In this document: in pieces, positions 57,543 through 64,000 of the stretch | How the letters are laid out: the number at the start of each line of letters is the position of its first letter | How positions within the stretch are numbered: the stretch's first letter is position 1 | Source: Bradymonadia bacterium | GTDB lineage: Bacteria > Myxococcota_A > Bradymonadia > UBA7976 > UBA1532 | Direction: 5' to 3' | Length of the DNA: 64,000 nucleotides | Assembly: GCA_046290225.1 (NCBI GenBank) | Contig: JBKAGE010000034.1 | Span: 160,001 to 224,000 of the forward strand | Program-made: the position numbers and the translations under genes | The notes under the pieces: model-generated | Databases searched by the model: none | What the model saw: only the letters and a program-made list of their open reading frames with translations | What the model was told of the DNA's origin: nothing

Positions 57543-57771
57543 GATGTGCTCCCCTCGTCCCTCCCCCAAACATCGGCTCCGGGGGGCACAGGATGTAGAT
57601 GCAGTCTTCGGGCCAGGTGTCTCAAAAGTCTCAGTGGCCTCCACAAAGCCGCTGTTGCCTTCAATTACGAGACACCTGCGAAGCAACGCTCCGCAGAGAG
57701 GCGCCGAATTTCTGGATCACCAGAGGGGGAAAACGTCAGATCTCACAGGGTGTGTGGGAGAGGCGAGCGCT

Positions 57772-59616
57772 TCAGCGGACGGGGAGGATCTCTTCGAGGT
57801 AGGCGCGGTTGGCAGAGGTGAAGACTGCTCGGGGCGTGCCATCGATCTCGGCGCGCTCCTCGAAGGGGCGGTCTCCGCCACAATCCATGATCTGACTGTC
57901 GCCCGGGGCGTTGTGATACTGCCCACAGCCCGCCACCACGGGGAGCCCCAGGGAGTGACCGATCTCGTGGGTGACGGTGTTGCCGATCAGGTTGCCCAGC
58001 ACATACACCGCCTCTTCGATGGCTGCGTCTCGATCGCTGCCAGGGAACTCGTCGGCGCCGACAGGGTTGCTGATGATGGGGTTGAAGATCTCGTCGAAGC
58101 GCGGGCTCGACAGAGGGTTGTCGTTGCCCCGGGAGGGCGAGAGCTGCAGGAACGACTCCACGAAGATGCCTCCGAAGGCGCCGTTGCTGTCGGCGTTGCG
58201 CCCAGCGAGGTTGTCGTCGAGGCGCTGGTTGCAGTTGTCCAGACCCGGTGTGTTGTCGAGCCCGAAGAGCTGCGCGGCGTTGGGATCAGGGCCCCCCACC
58301 TCCACGATGCTGTAGGAGAGGTAGTCCGTGGGCTCGGTGATCCTGAATTCGATGTTGATGCCCTCATAATCCCGACGCAGCACGTTCATCACCCGGGTCT
58401 GAATCAGCCGGCTGACGTTGCGCAAGCCAAAGAGGCGCAGCGAGTCGGTGAAGGCGGGCAGGAACTTGATCCAAACCACCTGCCGGGTGGGCAGCACTTG
58501 GAACTGAATGGGGGTGGGCGTGCCCTCGATACGCTGGTTCGTCCACTCGACGATGGGGGTCACGGTGCCCTCGACCCGCCCGGGGACCGCGCCGAGATCA
58601 CCGCTGACGCACCGCCCGAGCTGCGTCTCGTAACGCACCGAATAGCTGATGCCGAGCTCAGTGCCCGAGAACCACACCGGCGCCAGCTCGATGCCCCCTG
58701 GGGGCAGATCGCTCACCTCACCGTCGAGAGGCTGGAATCGCCCGTCGAGGCGCACCGTGGTGGATCCTTGGTAGGGCCCGCCGACGAAGCCGTTCCCGAT
58801 GAGGGTGATCCGCTGACCGCGGCTGCTCTGCAAGGGGGAGACGTCCTGCACCACAGGGGGCAGGAGATCCCAGTTGAAGTCGATCCACTCGCTGAAGAGC
58901 GACCAGCCGTTGCCCTCGTTGATCACCCGCAGCCGACCTTCGAATTCTCCAGGGCGAATGCCCACCCAGGCGGGATCGAGCACCAGCTCGATCTCGTCGC
59001 GTTGCCATCTGTCCGCGAGGCGTTCTGGGGGCTCAGCGAGCTGGGACACCTCGTTCACCATCACGGTGCGCCCCTCGCCCTCAGGGCGGAACACACCCTC
59101 GATGTCGACGAGCGTGCGCCCCTCTGCCCCAGCGATGAAGCCCTGGCCCTGGATGGCGATGGGGCTCGCCGGGAACACAGCCACAGGCACCTGGGCGATG
59201 GTGGGCTGCAGATCACCCAACAGCTCGAAGCTCACTGGCAACGACTGACGCCCTTCGTCGGGGATGAGCCGCATGATCACCGAGAGCTGACCCTCGAAGA
59301 GGCCACCGATGGCCCCGTCGAGATCTGCAGGCGGCAGGATCATCGAGAGTCGAGTATCGGACAAATAGGTGGCGTCGGTGGTGAAGCTCAGCGGTATGCC
59401 GCTGACAGTCCCCTCGACGGTGACCTCATAGCTGGCGTCGGTGAGAAAGCCGCTGCCGGCGATGAAGACCTCACTGCCCGAAAGCACCTGATCGGCCTCA
59501 AGCCGATCGAGGGTGATGGGCAGCTCGGTGAAGAGGGTGCCTGGGGGGTTCGTGCCCGGGTCGGTGCTGCACGCGCCGAGCAACACCGCCATCAACAGCC
59601 CGATGCAGTACTTCAC
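57772..59616 (-). CDS. Lipoprotein with tandem Ig/IPT-like domains and C-terminal zinc metalloprotease (metzincin-like)
   Basis: LGAC lipobox; repeated IxGxGF strands; HEIGHSLGL...H...IMD (Met-turn-like); GTGA overlap with the upstream gene. Confidence 0.8.
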   Translation of the reverse strand: MKYCIGLLMAVLLGACSTDPGTNPPGTLFTELPITLDRLEADQVLSGSEVFIAGSGFLTDASYEVTVEGTVSGIPLSFTTDATYLSDTRLSMILPPADLDGAIGGLFEGQLSVIMRLIPDEGRQSLPVSFELLGDLQPTIAQVPVAVFPASPIAIQGQGFIAGAEGRTLVDIEGVFRPEGEGRTVMVNEVSQLAEPPERLADRWQRDEIELVLDPAWVGIRPGEFEGRLRVINEGNGWSLFSEWIDFNWDLLPPVVQDVSPLQSSRGQRITLIGNGFVGGPYQGSTTVRLDGRFQPLDGEVSDLPPGGIELAPVWFSGTELGISYSVRYETQLGRCVSGDLGAVPGRVEGTVTPIVEWTNQRIEGTPTPIQFQVLPTRQVVWIKFLPAFTDSLRLFGLRNVSRLIQTRVMNVLRRDYEGINIEFRITEPTDYLSYSIVEVGGPDPNAAQLFGLDNTPGLDNCNQRLDDNLAGRNADSNGAFGGIFVESFLQLSPSRGNDNPLSSPRFDEIFNPIISNPVGADEFPGSDRDAAIEEAVYVLGNLIGNTVTHEIGHSLGLPVVAGCGQYHNAPGDSQIMDCGGDRPFEERAEIDGTPRAVFTSANRAYLEEILPVR

Positions 59617-62279
59617 GGCAGACACACCTGAGCGCCGCCGCGGTTCTGGCAGCTGTAGCCCTCTTGAGCGCGGCAGTCGCCCTCACCCTCACAGACGCGG
59701 GCGCAGGCGGTGTAGCCATTGTCGAGGGCCACACAGTAGCCGCCGTCCGGGCACACAAAGCCCGGCTCACACCCGCCGGCAGCACAGTAACCACCAGGCG
59801 ACGGGAAACACACGCGGTCGTCGGCGCAGTCGCTGTAGTTGTTGCATCGATCACCGGTCATGCCCGCACCAGAGGGGGCACACGATCGGGTGAAGTCGCC
59901 GTTGGCCTTGCAGGCATAGCCCAGCTCCTGACGGCAATCAGCGTCGGAGCGGCAATCCGCAGCGCACATGCCGAGGATGGCGTTGGGATCCAGGCCCACC
60001 CGCTGGGGCAGGCACTGATGGTCTGCACCACACTGCCCGCTGCCGTTGCACTCGGCGTCCCGGCACTCCCCCTCGGGACTGCAGAACTGATCCACAGGAC
60101 ACGCCCGGGTGGCGTCACAGGGACGCTGATCTGCGATCTCGATGAGCATGGAGTACGTGTTCGAGACCGTAGGCGTGGCCCCGTACACCCCCAAAATGTA
60201 GATGTCGTCCCGGGCGAGCTCCACCTCGACGAACTCTACGTCTCGGTAGCTCGGCGACTCAGCGAGCACATTGCCCTCGGAGTCGGTGAGCACCAGATCG
60301 AGATCGCCATCTCGGTGCGCGAAGCTGATGCCCGCCTGAATCACCTGACCGGCGAGGCCATCGAAGGCGTAGTAGTCGGGATCGTTGCGGCACAAGATCA
60401 GATCATCGCGGACGAAGGGGAACTCCTCGATGGCCGCGAACTCTTCGAGGCTGTCGTTGCCCATGCCCTCGTCGAAGCTGTCGTCATTGCACATCTGGTC
60501 ACAGACACCCGGGCCAACCTCGACCTCGAGGGTGTACCGGTTTCGGTCGCCCTCGTAGGGGAAGATGAAGAGCAGGGCCTCGCCGCCTTCGCCCACACAG
60601 GGCTCACTCACCTGCTCCACGTCTACACCGGCGTTGAGGCTCTGGTAGTCGTAGTTCTGGGAGCCTGGCAGGTTCATGGCGAGATCGAGATCGCCCTCGC
60701 TGTTGGCGAAGATGATGCGGGCCTCGATGGACTGCCCGGCCTCTACAGGCACGAAGTAGTAGTCGAAGTCGCCGTCACAGATGGAGAGGTTCTCCACCCG
60801 CCCGGGCTGGACCGACACCGCGTTGCCAGGGCCCTCTTCGGCCACCCCTGGCTCGAGAGCGTCAGGGGCGCAGATCTGGCCGCAGTTCAAATCGACGGGC
60901 ACGCACTGGAACCCGGTGGTGCCGTCGATGCTGGTCAGCTCCAGGCACTGCTGGTTGGGCCCCGGGCAGTCTTCCGTGCGGCACGAGATGGCGCAGAAAG
61001 ACTCGCCGCGCAGATCGACACAGAGATCTTCAGCGCCGCCACACTGTCCATCAGCCACGCAGGGGGTGCAGAAACCGTAGGTCTGTCCCCCGCCCCCGCC
61101 GCCCACGGCGGTGAAGCTGAAGACCTCACTCTGGGTGGAGTGATCACAGCGGGTGCCGTTGGGATCGTCATTGTCGGTGGCGGTGATGGCGTAGTAGACG
61201 AGCCGCTCCTCACCATCGGCGAGGTTGAGGTTGGGCACGCTGGCCACCCAGTTGTCGCCGTCGAGCTGGCGGAAGCTCACCGTCTCCCAGCCCGAGGTTT
61301 CGTCGGGGGTGGCCCCAGGCTCGCCGCTGAAGGACAAGATGGGGGGCGACTTGAAGCCCACGTCGTCGCGGATGACCGCCTGCAACTCGTAATTGAGCGG
61401 GCCATCGAAGCTGCCCGGAGGCGTGTGCTCGATCTCAGGGGCCTTGCCGGGGCAGCCCACGGCGGCCTCGCGGCGGAACCGGATGAGGAACCGTTTGACG
61501 ATGGGCTCGTCCCCACCCTCCTCCACCGCCCGGAAGATCACCGTGCTCGTGAGCGAGGTGTTGAGCTGATCTTCCGTGGGGCACCACTCGAACTGCTTCT
61601 CTTTCGCCGGAAACTCCGGGGAGAGCCTCGCCCCGGGGATCAGCGGGGCCTCCATGTCGAGGAACACGTTCTCGCTGGCCACGGAGTCCGCCCGAACGAT
61701 CACGGGGAAGCGGGCACACAGGCGGCCTTCTTCGTCCGGATCGACGACGATGCCCGCACCAGGAGGCTCGGTGAACCGCATCTCGCTGTTGCCGCCGACC
61801 CCACCATTCACCACTGTGAGGGCGATGGTCACGGCGTCTCTGCCTCCGCGACCGTCGCTGACCCGGAGGGTGAGATCGTAGATCCGCTCCCCGTCACCCG
61901 CGTCGCTGGAGATGGGGGTCCACTGGAACCGCCCGGCCCCGGTGTTGCCCACGATGCGCGGCCTGGAGGTCACCCGGTTGGGGTCCAGCTGGAAGGGATC
62001 AGGTGACAGCTCCTGGGACCAGGTGAGCGTGTCGTTCTCCGCGTCGACGGCGGTGATCACGATCTCGCAGCTGACGTTGACCAGGCACTGGACGTCGGCG
62101 AGCGGCTGAATGACCGGGGCGGTGTTCTCATCTGTGGCACAGCCCGTGGCCATCACCCACAGCAACATCGCAGCGAGCCAGGACTTGCGGAGAGGCCCTT
62201 TTGGCGCAGCTGGCTCGAGTGATTCGCGGTATCGCGTGCTAAGAGGCACGTTGCCCTCCAGTGGAGCTTGGTGTTTCAT
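59613..62279 (-). CDS. Large lipoprotein with cadherin/Ig-like, PPC (pre-peptidase C-terminal) and Cys-rich domains
   Basis: ATGC lipobox; APVIQPL...AVDAENDTLTW; two DYY...GDLDL PPC-like units; C-terminal Cys-rich repeats. Start uncertain (62279 or 62249). Confidence 0.75.
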   Translation of the reverse strand: MKHQAPLEGNVPLSTRYRESLEPAAPKGPLRKSWLAAMLLWVMATGCATDENTAPVIQPLADVQCLVNVSCEIVITAVDAENDTLTWSQELSPDPFQLDPNRVTSRPRIVGNTGAGRFQWTPISSDAGDGERIYDLTLRVSDGRGGRDAVTIALTVVNGGVGGNSEMRFTEPPGAGIVVDPDEEGRLCARFPVIVRADSVASENVFLDMEAPLIPGARLSPEFPAKEKQFEWCPTEDQLNTSLTSTVIFRAVEEGGDEPIVKRFLIRFRREAAVGCPGKAPEIEHTPPGSFDGPLNYELQAVIRDDVGFKSPPILSFSGEPGATPDETSGWETVSFRQLDGDNWVASVPNLNLADGEERLVYYAITATDNDDPNGTRCDHSTQSEVFSFTAVGGGGGGQTYGFCTPCVADGQCGGAEDLCVDLRGESFCAISCRTEDCPGPNQQCLELTSIDGTTGFQCVPVDLNCGQICAPDALEPGVAEEGPGNAVSVQPGRVENLSICDGDFDYYFVPVEAGQSIEARIIFANSEGDLDLAMNLPGSQNYDYQSLNAGVDVEQVSEPCVGEGGEALLFIFPYEGDRNRYTLEVEVGPGVCDQMCNDDSFDEGMGNDSLEEFAAIEEFPFVRDDLILCRNDPDYYAFDGLAGQVIQAGISFAHRDGDLDLVLTDSEGNVLAESPSYRDVEFVEVELARDDIYILGVYGATPTVSNTYSMLIEIADQRPCDATRACPVDQFCSPEGECRDAECNGSGQCGADHQCLPQRVGLDPNAILGMCAADCRSDADCRQELGYACKANGDFTRSCAPSGAGMTGDRCNNYSDCADDRVCFPSPGGYCAAGGCEPGFVCPDGGYCVALDNGYTACARVCEGEGDCRAQEGYSCQNRGGAQVCLP

Positions 62280-62367
62280 CGGCGAAACTACCATTGAGCC
62301 GGGGGATGAACCAAGTGAACCCCCCAACCGACAGGAGCGCCGATGATGTTGCGCATGCACGACTCCA

Positions 62368-63035
62368 TGACCCTGCCGTTGATTCTGTCGGTCATGACTT
62401 TTTCTTCTCTCGCGGGGTGTGGGGGCAGCGCGCCGAGGCCCTTGCCGGCACCGGAGGCCCCCTCAGGCTGCCTCGTGCCCATGGTCACGTCGACGCAACA
62501 GCAAGCCCTCAAGGGCCTCAACCTCGGGGCGCTGAAGCCGGGGCACGGCAACGCCCCCGACACGGTGGAGGGGCTGCTGCTGTGGCGTGGCCAGCCCACC
62601 GAAGCCCACTGGGCTGCCCTGCCCGAGGAGGCTGGGGCCACCCTGATGGCGGTGGCCGGTGATCCCGAGCGAGAAGTCACGATCCGCGCCCGGGCCTTCG
62701 CCGGACTCGCCGCCCGCAGCCACCCTGCCGGCGAGCAGCCCATGCTGGTGGTGCTCGGCACCCCAGGCGCCGACGAGACGCTGCGTCGCTCGGCCATTCG
62801 GTCGCTGGCAGCGAGCTACCTCGCAGGCGCTCTGAAGAGAGGCGCCGAGACCCCAGTGGTGACGGCGCTGCTCAAGGCCCTCGAGGGCAAGCAACCCCTC
62901 GAGCGCGAGGCCACAGTCAAAGCCCTCGCCCCCTACCAAGATGATCCGGTCATCAAGGGGGCCCTGGAGGCCCAGGCAAAGTCGGAGCAGGATCCGATGG
63001 TGAAGCAGGCGCTCAAAGCGGCCCTCGAGCGCTGA
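62368..63035 (+). CDS. HEAT-repeat lipoprotein
   Basis: LAGC lipobox; IRARAFAGLA, LRRSAIRSLA, EREATVKALA and EQDPMVKQAL repeats. Start uncertain (62343-62368). Confidence 0.7.
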
Positions 63036-63153
63036 CTGGAGCGTGTTGAGCCCCCGCCCACTTGCAGCAGCGAATCTCGAGCAGACTTGCCTCTTTCATC
63101 ACCTTCAGGTATGCCGGCGCCACACCCAAATCCGTAGCTGCCCGAGTCAGTAG

Positions 63154-64000
<847 letters not shown>

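Overview
A high-GC bacterial chromosomal window. The many lipoproteins, MopE-type Cys/Asp repeats, Ser/Thr kinase and DUF6178-like gene suggest a Myxococcota/deltaproteobacterial lineage (inference). It runs from a truncated nadA to a truncated enolase. Housekeeping genes (tatD, plsX, rluD, rsmD/coaD, a fadN-fadA beta-oxidation pair, Na/Pi symporter, a 4-gene ABC transporter) are mixed with many secreted or lipid-anchored hydrolases and repeat proteins. I saw no rRNA, tRNA, CRISPR-Cas, transposase or prophage. The most striking items are: (1) a ~405-bp non-coding element (41795-42200) made of two inverted mini-arrays of a 12-bp core separated by eight unrelated hairpins, all with C-(G/A)NA-G-type loops, folding into a rod with stacked four-way junctions; (2) a translationally coupled IPT+cohesin lipoprotein and dockerin-tailed M1 aminopeptidase, i.e. 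a candidate cellulosome-like protease anchoring system; (3) an HExxH/zinc-ribbon enzyme fused to a DUF2063/HvfC-like RiPP-partner domain; (4) a sigma70 promoter driving a ~340-nt structured leader and a 64-aa protein; (5) an in-frame rsmD-coaD fusion; (6) a 14-bp tandem repeat that forms a relay of coupled mini-ORFs. All family assignments come from motif recognition by eye, not from database searches.
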